From a virus (Duplodnaviria > Caudoviricetes): a DNA stretch of 64,000 nucleotides. The DNA lies in the IMG/VR virus record IMGVR_UViG_2974651877_000001, positions 1-64,000 of that record; one strand, written 5' to 3'. The notes under the pieces were generated by a model that did no database searches, was not told the DNA's origin, and worked only from the letters and a program-made list of their open reading frames with translations. Below are positions 48,824 to 56,884 of this stretch, in pieces; the stretch's first letter is position 1, and the number at the start of each line of letters is the position of its first letter. The position numbers and the translations under genes are program-made.

Positions 48824-49096
48824 ATGAGTAACCACGTAATCCTAAGCAAAGAACTGTACACTAAGGTAATGGAGCAGCTAAATCAGTTCGCTAACTACCG
48901 TGACGATTCTGAAGGAGTATTGCAAGGTATTCTGACAGAAGCAGAAGCGGCAAAGCAAGCCAGCGAAGGCGTAGTCCCTGTACATAGAGAAGACTTATCT
49001 ACTGTAATTTCCCTAGCAGGTTACGAAGTAGAGTATGCCGACGAAGAAGACCAGAAAACATACGCTAAGTTAGTAGATTTGACTATAGGAGAGTAG
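48824..49096 (+). CDS. Hypothetical protein
   Basis: Own promoter at 48764-48792. Confidence 0.7.
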   Translation: MSNHVILSKELYTKVMEQLNQFANYRDDSEGVLQGILTEAEAAKQASEGVVPVHREDLSTVISLAGYEVEYADEEDQKTYAKLVDLTIGE

Positions 49097-49099
49097 GCT

Positions 49100-49354
49100 A
49101 TGCAAGGGTGTAAAAATTGTCACGAACTTTTAGATGTACTATTAGACGAGTGTGACCAATGTGGCAGTACAGACCTGGAACCTGTAGTTGAGTGTGTTCA
49201 CTGTGGCTGCTGGGTTTCCGAAGACCACGTAGACAGGGCGGGACTATGCGACTCTCAGGGCAATGACTGTGCCTCTGACCCAGACTTAGTAGATGAGTAC
49301 GACGGTGAAGCCGTCGATACTATCTTAGCTTTATCTAAACAACTATTGCGATAG
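49100..49354 (+). CDS. Zinc-finger-like hypothetical protein
   Basis: CKNC, CDQC and CVHC motifs. Confidence 0.7.
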   Translation: MQGCKNCHELLDVLLDECDQCGSTDLEPVVECVHCGCWVSEDHVDRAGLCDSQGNDCASDPDLVDEYDGEAVDTILALSKQLLR

Positions 49355-49356
49355 GA

Positions 49357-49545
49357 GTGTGTATGTCTCTAACAGAAGGAAAAATGCGTCAAGTACCTAG
49401 GCCACCTAGGCCACCAGGCTTACGGAGTAGAGGGCCAACTAGGGAGCAAGCAGTATCTATGGCCTTTACTGTAGGTACAGTAGTAGGTGTAATCCTGGGC
49501 ATAGTATTTATGTTCGTTGTAACTAGTATAGCAGCTATGCAGTAA
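49357..49545 (+). CDS. Small membrane protein
   Basis: Pro/Arg-rich N-terminus and C-terminal hydrophobic helix. Confidence 0.55.
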   Translation: MCMSLTEGKMRQVPRPPRPPGLRSRGPTREQAVSMAFTVGTVVGVILGIVFMFVVTSIAAMQ

Positions 49546-49621
49546 ATTATTAAAATCTTTAATAGCTTAGCAGCCCAAATTTCCGTATAATATCTGTATA
49601 AATTGAGAAAAGGAAACAGAC

Positions 49622-50110
49622 ATGAGCAAGGCACTTTACGATTTAGTTGACCAAATCTCTGACATGGATGACGAAGTCCATGAAATGCTACCAGGCTATA
49701 TTAAAGATTTTAATACTATGCTGCTAGTAGAGCCTATTATGGCTCTGGCAGATACCAAGGCACTAGAGCTTAAGTATCGTAAACAGCTAGTTTATCTCTT
49801 TAGAGAAGAGCTAGACTCTTGGAACTGCATTCCAGAGTACACGGGAGAGTATCTACTATCTTTCAGTAGAGACCGAGTTTGCTATGCCGAAAAGCAGGTT
49901 AAGCTGACTAAGTACGTAGGGGACTGTAAGGAAACCCTGTCAATACCAATCTTTTCGTTCGAGAAGCTGCGTAAGGTACAGGATGAAGCTTATCGCATTG
50001 TGAACTCGTTAAATGCGGAATATGCTACTGAACAGTCTAGTAAGGCCGCTTTGGAGAAAGAAAAACGTCGCCAACAGTTCGAAAAGCTAAAACGAGAATT
50101 CGGAGAGTAA
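49622..50110 (+). CDS. Hypothetical protein
   Basis: Own promoter at 49563-49591; ends with FEKLKREFGE. Confidence 0.75.
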   Translation: MSKALYDLVDQISDMDDEVHEMLPGYIKDFNTMLLVEPIMALADTKALELKYRKQLVYLFREELDSWNCIPEYTGEYLLSFSRDRVCYAEKQVKLTKYVGDCKETLSIPIFSFEKLRKVQDEAYRIVNSLNAEYATEQSSKAALEKEKRRQQFEKLKREFGE

Positions 50111-50112
50111 TC

Positions 50113-50346
50113 ATGTCAAAAACAGTAATTGATACTGAAACCTTAGAGAAGATTCTGACCCTTGGTAAAGTAGCCTCTCTAGTTATGTTGGCTTCCAAAG
50201 ATATGGTAGCACATCATGGAGCAGAGTCCTTGCTCTCACAGGGAGAGCAGGCTATTAAGGACAGCATGGGTCTTCGTATCTTCACTAAAGAAGAAGTAGC
50301 CGCATTAGAAAAGCATTTCGACCTCGGAGCATTCTTCGAGGAATAG
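50113..50346 (+). CDS. Hypothetical protein
   Basis: GGAG RBS; 77 aa. Confidence 0.7.
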   Translation: MSKTVIDTETLEKILTLGKVASLVMLASKDMVAHHGAESLLSQGEQAIKDSMGLRIFTKEEVAALEKHFDLGAFFEE

Positions 50347-50354
50347 CAGACAAA

Positions 50355-50430
50355 GGGCGATACGCTGAAGACTCGAAGCGCGGGATTGCAAACTCCGTCT
50401 TAGTGGGTGGGAGTCCCACATTGCCCTCCA
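50355..50430 (+). tRNA. tRNA-Cys (GCA) with atypical T-loop
   Basis: ttgcaaa loop, U73 and CCA; T-loop tgggagt. Confidence 0.75.
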
Positions 50431-50610
50431 GATAAGGTAAGAAAATGCCAAAAAATAGAGCAGAAAAGAACGGTCTAGGAGTATGGGTATGTAAGCCCGT
50501 AAAAGAGGAAGAAGACTGGTTCTCCAAGCACGATAGCTTTATAAAGGGTGCTATCTTAGGTGCCTCAGCAATGTATATACTAGCCCTATTCCTATTTTAG
50601 AAACTACTCT

Positions 50611-51024
50611 TTGGAGAGCACAATGAAAGAAGTTATTTTAAAAGCCGGCTATACCCTTAAAATAGTATCTTGGGAAAACGACGCTGACTTCTACAATACC
50701 AAAACCTATCACGTAGAGGACGAGAATTGGGCTATTATTTTAAAGCATATCTGTGAGAACTTACTATGCTCTCGATACTCTAGCTCTAGTGACTACGGAG
50801 TAGGTAATACTAACCTATCTAGTAGCGACAGTGCTAATAGAGTAGCAGAGTATTTTAAAACCTATGGTATTCCAGAACACGTTCCAGAAGACGAACTTCT
50901 TGAATGGCTACACGACCTATCCTACGATTTAGTAGGTAGCTCCTACGAAAGTGATTGTATACGAGTATGTGAGTCGTGTAAAGTCTTGTACACTCCAGTT
51001 GATATTGAGGTAGAAACTCTATAA
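50611..51024 (+). CDS. Hypothetical protein
   Basis: GYTLKIVSWENDADFYNT motif. Confidence 0.7.
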   Translation: MESTMKEVILKAGYTLKIVSWENDADFYNTKTYHVEDENWAIILKHICENLLCSRYSSSSDYGVGNTNLSSSDSANRVAEYFKTYGIPEHVPEDELLEWLHDLSYDLVGSSYESDCIRVCESCKVLYTPVDIEVETL

Positions 51025-51053
51025 CAATCTGCCGAAGCCTTTACTAGGCTTCA

Positions 51054-51224
51054 CATTTAAGCACTCTTGAACGCTAAGGACGTGAGACACCCTTAGCATA
51101 CGGAAATCCGGTATCCACTACAGGGTCTCAACGGCGGTGGGTTAAAGGCTCCTATAATAGCGGCTGGAGCGATGCCATGGGAAGTAGCTATCCCTAAGAG
51201 CTGACTGTGTAGAGTGCTTAAATG
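51054..51224 (+). ncRNA. Putative ~170-nt structured RNA
   Basis: Perfect catttaagcactct/agagtgcttaaatg stem; gctaagg/ccttagc hairpin whose loop tgagac can pair with downstream gtctca. Confidence 0.55.
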
Positions 51225-51300
51225 TGACGTTGGCTGATGTGGAAATGGCTCCGGGTTGTGATTCCGGATAATGCGGGTTCGAACCCCGTACGTCACCCCA
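51224..51300 (+). tRNA. tRNA-His (GTG)
   Basis: ttgtgat loop, C73 and CCA; position -1 is U. Confidence 0.9.
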
Positions 51301-51506
51301 AATTATCGCAGTACCGGCTTCTGAACGCTGCTCGACAGAACATCGTCGAATAGATAAGGCAAAACGGCGTGAAGTGACTCCACGTAAATCGATTTCTAGG
51401 CGTCCGAGTCTATGGTGGTAAATTCCTATAGTCGACAATGGGTTCCACCACAACCAATTAACCAACTAACCAAAGAACTAATCAAGTTAACTTATATAGG
51501 ATTAAT

Positions 51507-51761
51507 ATGTTTTCAATAAAACTATTTCTGCCTTCTGAGAAAGATAAGTCTATGTCTGAGTCAGCAGGAGTATCCGCAGTTTACTATGCTACTAAGCCGG
51601 AGTACACTCAGGATGACCAATTTGTACATCATGTTTTTGAGTGCGAAGATGTCAACGGGGGTAAATACTACTGGCCACTAACCCAAGGTACTAGGGTTTA
51701 CGTAGAGAACTCAGCAGGTAAAACAATAGCCCATTTCTATGGTGGTGGCCCTATCGACTAG
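51507..51761 (+). CDS. Hypothetical protein
   Basis: VYVENSAGKTI C-terminal motif; AGGA RBS. Confidence 0.7.
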   Translation: MFSIKLFLPSEKDKSMSESAGVSAVYYATKPEYTQDDQFVHHVFECEDVNGGKYYWPLTQGTRVYVENSAGKTIAHFYGGGPID

Positions 51762-51840
51762 GGTACATATTAAAACCCTCCGAAGTACTAGAGGGTTTTC
51801 ACATGTAACCGACTAACTATATTACTTTATAAGGATTGAT

Positions 51841-52095
51841 ATGTTTAAACTATTAATTAAATTCCCTCTAGTACGAAAAATCTACCGAGCTTTCGTGCCC
51901 CTTCAAACATCTGACAGCCTAGCTGAGCAGTTTACTGGTAAGTTCAAACGTGTGGTTCAGGAGCAGAATGAAATTGCTAAGGAGTACACCCGTAAAGAAG
52001 TAGAGGCGAATACCCGCCGAGTAGCAGCAGAAAAAGAAGCCGCTCGTGCAGCTAAAGCCGCAAAGAACTTCCAAGACATGCTGGAGAAAGACTAA
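51841..52095 (+). CDS. Hypothetical coiled-coil protein
   Basis: AAGGA RBS; 84 aa. Confidence 0.7.
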   Translation: MFKLLIKFPLVRKIYRAFVPLQTSDSLAEQFTGKFKRVVQEQNEIAKEYTRKEVEANTRRVAAEKEAARAAKAAKNFQDMLEKD

Positions 52096-52262
52096 ATTCT
52101 CAGTAAGCCCCTTTGTAATAAATAAGATGTCAATACGGCTTCTAATTATAGAGACCAGACGACTTCTTCTTGTTACAAAAAATCCCGTCTACCTCAAAAG
52201 GCTAGAGGTAGACCTAAAGAACTACTTAGCCATACAAAATCTACTAGAGCAAGGAGATTAGA

Positions 52263-52457
52263 ATGCCTCTATTTAAAGGTACGGTACTAAGCGAAAAGTT
52301 CGGCGCTAAAATCGAACTACTTTCCCCAGTTAAAAACGGCTGTGCAGTCGTTCGAGTACTGGAAGTTGGCGAGATGCTAGAAGGCGTCAACAAGAATCAA
52401 GTTGTAAAAGACTTTGCAGTTACTTTTGGCGTTCTACGCTTCACTCCTGTAAAGTAA
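52263..52457 (+). CDS. Hypothetical protein
   Basis: AAGGAG RBS; 64 aa. Confidence 0.65.
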   Translation: MPLFKGTVLSEKFGAKIELLSPVKNGCAVVRVLEVGEMLEGVNKNQVVKDFAVTFGVLRFTPVK

Positions 52458-52464
52458 TACCTAC

Positions 52465-52551
52465 GCGGGGTGTCCCCACATCTCCCTTCTAAGGAGATAG
52501 CGTATAAAAGTGGGAAGGAGCTGAGGGGTTCGATTCCTCCACCCTGTTCCA
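52465..52551 (+). tRNA. Non-canonical tRNA-Arg-like RNA (TCT) without a D-arm
   Basis: gcggggt/accctgt plus TCCA, T-arm, and an atctcc-cttctaa-ggagat hairpin nested inside cccac/gtggg. Confidence 0.6.
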
Positions 52552-52560
52552 ATACTAACT

Positions 52561-52585
52561 AACCCTGACCTGTTCAGGGTTTTTT
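52561..52585 (+). terminator. Terminator ending the RNA cluster
   Basis: aaccctga-cctgt-tcagggtt followed by a T tract. Confidence 0.75.
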
Positions 52586-52658
52586 ATTATTTGTCAAAAA
52601 GCTATAATTACGTTATAATACTTTGTAACAATAGATAATGACTTAGAGGAAATAGATA

Positions 52659-53318
52659 ATGTATGTAATTTCAGGCGATGCCGGAGCTGGCAAAGATACC
52701 GTAGGTGCGATGTTAGCGGAAGAACTAAAGGTAGGAACTTATGCCTTGGCTAACCCTATCAAAGCACTACTAAAAGCTCTGTTCAATATTCCAGAACACC
52801 AAATGGAAGACCGAGCGTACAAAGAAATGGAGCTAACGTACCATGTAGACGTTACTAGCCTAGAAGAAGCAGGAATGCTATATAACGAACTAGGGCTAGA
52901 TAAGTATCAAGAGTTCCATGATGCTTGGGAAGAGTGGATTGCACTATTCGGACTAGAAGAAAGTGGAGAGTCTATGACTACCTTCCGCTCCCTACGTAAT
53001 TTAATGCAGTTGCTAGGTACAGAGTGGGGTCGTGCCAAATCGGACACGATTTGGTTAGACCTAGCCCCTGAGAGCCAAATTATCACAGACGCGCGTTTTG
53101 ACAACGAAGCCCAGTACTTTAAAAATAAAAACTACCGAGTAATCGAAGTTGTACTCCCTGGGTTAGAGAAAATACCATCATCTGGCCACGCGTCCGAAGC
53201 GGGAATTTGCCCTAGCCTTATTGATACCGTTCTAATCAACGACGGTAATCTTCTAGACTTACGAACCAAAGCTATTACTATAGCTGCTAACGGAGATGGC
53301 CCGTTAGGTGTATTATAA
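52659..53318 (+). CDS. dnk: Deoxynucleoside monophosphate kinase
   Basis: GDAGAGKDT, ALANPIK, RNLMQLLGTEWGR, DARFDNE and HASE motifs. Confidence 0.93.
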   Translation: MYVISGDAGAGKDTVGAMLAEELKVGTYALANPIKALLKALFNIPEHQMEDRAYKEMELTYHVDVTSLEEAGMLYNELGLDKYQEFHDAWEEWIALFGLEESGESMTTFRSLRNLMQLLGTEWGRAKSDTIWLDLAPESQIITDARFDNEAQYFKNKNYRVIEVVLPGLEKIPSSGHASEAGICPSLIDTVLINDGNLLDLRTKAITIAANGDGPLGVL

Positions 53319-53408
53319 CCCAAAGCCCGCCAAGTGCGGGCTTTTTTGCGTGCAACGAAAGCCACACTCATCATTCGAGGTATGTCAAGCGATAATTTTA
53401 ATCTATAG

Positions 53409-53437
53409 TTGACACCATCCCCATATATAGGTATACT
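53409..53437 (+). promoter_or_regulatory. Sigma70 promoter for the spanin-like pair
   Basis: TTGACA-17-TATACT. Confidence 0.7.
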
Positions 53438-53482
53438 GTCAAGGTAGGGTTACAAATTTAAAGACCAGTAACTAACTGGTAT

Positions 53483-53929
53483 ATGGGAATTTTGCCAATG
53501 AATTGGAAAACAGTAGTTATCAATGCTGCTATCCCAATACTATTAACTTTATCAGTAAACTGGGTTCTAGAGCAGGGCAGTGCCGACAAAGCCTTGGAAC
53601 TCAAGTATAGCGAGTTGGCTTCTAAAGTGCAGGTATTAGAGGACGCAGCTAAAGGTACAAAAATAGATATAAAAACCTATAGCTTAGAGATAAATTCTCT
53701 TAGAGAAAGGATGCTAAAGGTGGAGGGCGACATCAATCGCTTAAAGCTAGATGTTAATGCAGCCCCCAACATTCATAGAATACGACAAGATATAGAGTCT
53801 ATAAAAGAGGATATAGATGTTTTAACTGTCGGAAGAGGCAACAGTACCGCGCTACTCAGCTCCATAAGGCTCCAGCTAAGTGGAATTGAGGGTAAGTTGT
53901 CAATTATAGAACAAGAGGTATTTAAATGA
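53483..53929 (+). CDS. Putative i-spanin (Rz-like)
   Basis: Single N-terminal TM helix followed by a long coiled coil; next to dnk as in T5. Confidence 0.55.
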   Translation: MGILPMNWKTVVINAAIPILLTLSVNWVLEQGSADKALELKYSELASKVQVLEDAAKGTKIDIKTYSLEINSLRERMLKVEGDINRLKLDVNAAPNIHRIRQDIESIKEDIDVLTVGRGNSTALLSSIRLQLSGIEGKLSIIEQEVFK

Positions 53930-54270
53930 TTAAAGCTATCGTACTAGCGTTAGTGTTTCTATGTGCTCCTGTCTTAGGTGAACAATGTAGTGAACTAACA
54001 AAGGTAGAGCCTAATCATCTACCTGAATATCAAGCTTACCAAGAAAGTCTTCAGGAACAGCTTAATGCAGGAATTCCAGAGGATAAATTCAATTATTACT
54101 GCATCAATAATGTAGAATATCAGATTAGTACAGTGTCTGTAATACCAGAGTACCAGAAGGAACAGGAAATGGTAGTAGAGATATTTGAACAACTAGAAAG
54201 GGCATCTGACCTTACTGATAGAATACTAGACGTAGTACCTATTAACAAGCTAGCCAAGAGCGAGGAGTGA
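53926..54270 (+). CDS. Exported protein, possible o-spanin
   Basis: Signal peptide MIKAIVLALVFLC; overlaps the preceding gene. Confidence 0.4.
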   Translation: MIKAIVLALVFLCAPVLGEQCSELTKVEPNHLPEYQAYQESLQEQLNAGIPEDKFNYYCINNVEYQISTVSVIPEYQKEQEMVVEIFEQLERASDLTDRILDVVPINKLAKSEE

Positions 54271-54358
54271 TTGCTGGAAACTTATAGTTGCCTAACTGTC
54301 TCAAAATTGATATAATATTTATATTAATCAACGAAAGACCAGAAACCTAGGAGACTAA

Positions 54359-55108
54359 ATGGAACCACAAAAACTAACCGTAACAGGTGATATTAGCAAA
54401 AACCGTGTAGGTGCTCAGCTACCGTCTGAAGCACCTCACGTATTCATTTCTTACCGACCAAACCCAGGAGGAATTTATCAGGTACATCTAGACGAGGGAA
54501 TTTCCCTGGCATCTAAGTACCGAGACCTAAAGCATCTACTGCGTAATGCCTCCGAGTCGGATACCTTTGAAATCTACCTTAACGGGCCAGGCGGCCACCT
54601 CAGTACGTGTATCGAACTGGTTCATGAGATAGCTAATACCAAGGGTCGGGTTGTTGGGCACCTGACAGGGGAAGCCCAGTCAGCTCACGCTAATATCTTT
54701 ATGGCGTGCCACGAACATGTAGTATACCCGTATAGTTTGCTAATGGTTCATACTTTCTCTGGCGGATTTTACGCCAAGGGCGAAGATGTGACTCGTGCTG
54801 CAAAAGCGTATAACGAGCTTACTCGAACTTGCTATACTGACCTATATACAGGTTTCCTGTCTGACGAAGAGTTGGAAGATGTACTTCGCAACAACCACGA
54901 CAGATACTACATTGGCCAAGAGATTCTTGACCGCTTAGCGGGCACGTACGCTCACCGCGAAAAGCTAGCACAAGAGGCGGACGAACAGGCTCAGGAAGCT
55001 ATGCAAGAGGCATTAAAAACTCTAGAAAACGTGCAATCCGGCCCCAATGACGTAGCACCACCTGAACAGCCTGAGTCCCCTGACGAAGAACAGGAAAATG
55101 GCGAATAA
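54359..55108 (+). CDS. clpP: ClpP-like protease
   Basis: YLNGPGG, AQSAH and LMVHTFSG motifs. Confidence 0.85.
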   Translation: MEPQKLTVTGDISKNRVGAQLPSEAPHVFISYRPNPGGIYQVHLDEGISLASKYRDLKHLLRNASESDTFEIYLNGPGGHLSTCIELVHEIANTKGRVVGHLTGEAQSAHANIFMACHEHVVYPYSLLMVHTFSGGFYAKGEDVTRAAKAYNELTRTCYTDLYTGFLSDEELEDVLRNNHDRYYIGQEILDRLAGTYAHREKLAQEADEQAQEAMQEALKTLENVQSGPNDVAPPEQPESPDEEQENGE

Positions 55109-55484
55109 ATACTCAAAAGCAAGTAGAGAACGACTAGATACTTGTCACCCTCTCCTAATTAAACTTATGGAGAGAATCCTTCCTAGATGGGACCACACCA
55201 TTGTATGTGGCCACCGTTCCAAGGAAGAACAGAACCGACTGTACGCTGAAGGGAAATCACAGCTACAGTATCCTAGGTCAAAACACAATGCCTATCCTAG
55301 CATTGCCGTTGACATACAACCTTACCCATTCAAAGACGAAAGAGACCTATACTACTTTATTGGATACGTGAAAGGCGTAGCTGATGAGATGGGAATTAAG
55401 TTAAGAATGGGAGCCGACTGGAATGACAACAAGACAGTTACAGACAACTGGATTGACGCTTTCCACATCGAGCTAGTACTTTAA
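55098..55484 (+). CDS. lys: Endolysin, L-Ala-D-Glu peptidase (M15)
   Basis: GHRSKEEQ, SKH...AVD, GADW and DAFHIEL motifs. Confidence 0.92.
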   Translation: MANKYSKASRERLDTCHPLLIKLMERILPRWDHTIVCGHRSKEEQNRLYAEGKSQLQYPRSKHNAYPSIAVDIQPYPFKDERDLYYFIGYVKGVADEMGIKLRMGADWNDNKTVTDNWIDAFHIELVL

Positions 55485-55529
55485 TCGAACCCTGCATTAA
55501 CGTGCAGGGTTTTCTCGTATGAGGAGCCT

Positions 55530-55796
55530 ATGAAGATATACCTATTTTCATCCAACGGGTGTTACCCCTGTGAAAAAGCACAGGACGTGGTATCGAAAAT
55601 ACTAAAAGAGAATCCGTTAATAGATATTATAAAGGTTACTAGACCAGACCCACTATTCGCAAGCTATGGTGTGGTTATGGTTCCCACCTTACTTATCGAC
55701 CCCGGCGATAAGCCAGGTGCGGCCTTGGTGGGCGTGAGCAACATTACAAAAGTCGAAGTCGAGGGATTACTACGAGATTTCGGATTTCTTCAATAG
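55530..55796 (+). CDS. Thioredoxin/glutaredoxin-like protein
   Basis: CYPC motif and VPT cis-Pro motif. Confidence 0.8.
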   Translation: MKIYLFSSNGCYPCEKAQDVVSKILKENPLIDIIKVTRPDPLFASYGVVMVPTLLIDPGDKPGAALVGVSNITKVEVEGLLRDFGFLQ

Positions 55797-55853
55797 CCAA
55801 AACATGTAAATTTCGCTATAATATTTATATAAATTGAATGAGAGGAAATATTA

Positions 55854-56147
55854 ATGGAAATGTTGAAACCAGACATGAGCAAAGCAGAACTTCAGCACGT
55901 ACTAGCTATCTTGCTAGGCAACGGTATTTCTGCCGAGGAGCTTAAGCCTCTTACTGTGCCAATCCTTAATAAGATGCTTACTGCTCTAGAGACTAACGCT
56001 AAAGCGTTCAACGCACTAGAAGATAAGTATCGAGAGCTGCTTCAAGCCAGTACTTACAAGCCTATTGCTCCTAAAACACATCGTAACCGTGGGGCGGAGA
56101 ACCGAGCCATGGCTAAAGAACTTCGCAAGCTAAAGAGTACCAAATAA
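55854..56147 (+). CDS. Hypothetical protein
   Basis: Own promoter at 55794-55822. Confidence 0.7.
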   Translation: MEMLKPDMSKAELQHVLAILLGNGISAEELKPLTVPILNKMLTALETNAKAFNALEDKYRELLQASTYKPIAPKTHRNRGAENRAMAKELRKLKSTK

Positions 56148-56232
56148 ATGCAACTGTATTACTTATTCTTAATAGTGTTAGCACTATACGAAAACATCGA
56201 CACAATCAATTACTTAGACGCGAGGTACGGAA

Positions 56233-56646
56233 GTGAAATTCTCTGATAAACTAATCGAACTGGTAGACGAATACGACCTAGAGGGTCCTCACCTGCCTTA
56301 CGGCTTCGCTGTAGAGCATATTAACGAGAAAGGCCAGATGGACTTCGCTCACTTCATCCGTAAATATAAAGTATACGGCTCTGTAAAGGATTTCTGCTCA
56401 GCGGTAGAAACTGTATTTGGTACGTTACAGTTTACCTATGACGTACCCACGGATACAGTGACCAAAGAAGAGTTCCTAGAGATTTACGAGTTTGGTAAAT
56501 TCCCTCGGGTCATGGACTGGATTCCTTACGTAGCTGCTAAGAAAGGCAAGCTAATCTTGCGTGAAGATTTGTTTGCCTGGGTACTTGGTACTTCTGCGCC
56601 TTCCAAAGCTAACTACAGCATGGGAGATATTAATAATGTCGAGTAA
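56233..56646 (+). CDS. Hypothetical protein
   Basis: 137 aa; GAGG RBS. Confidence 0.65.
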   Translation: MKFSDKLIELVDEYDLEGPHLPYGFAVEHINEKGQMDFAHFIRKYKVYGSVKDFCSAVETVFGTLQFTYDVPTDTVTKEEFLEIYEFGKFPRVMDWIPYVAAKKGKLILREDLFAWVLGTSAPSKANYSMGDINNVE

Positions 56647-56857
56647 AGACCCCGTAAATATCGACACAATTTGTAGTATCCTAGAAGAGCTTCACCCTAG
56701 CCACTACGACTCGGTTATTCTGTCCTGTAGGTCAGGTGCTCCACACTCTCTACTGCCTGAGATTGATTTTAGTGATAGAGAGACTTCGGTTTACGTAGAG
56801 TCCTTTCTGACAATAAAGAAAACAATTAATTGCCAATCAGGTAGAATTTCCGTATAA
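56636..56857 (+). CDS. Hypothetical protein
   Basis: Probable start MSSKDPV after GGAG. Confidence 0.55.
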   Translation: MSSKDPVNIDTICSILEELHPSHYDSVILSCRSGAPHSLLPEIDFSDRETSVYVESFLTIKKTINCQSGRISV

Positions 56858-56884
56858 TATTCATATTAAATAAGGAAACGGAAA

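Noticed and set aside
51223-51300. tRNA-His with U instead of G at position -1
   Set aside because: Real, but as I recall already described for T5 tRNA-His, so not novel.
51301-51460. Possible further ncRNA after tRNA-His
   Set aside because: Only weak local hairpins (tcgac/gtcga, tggtgg/ccacca) and no convincing closing stem.
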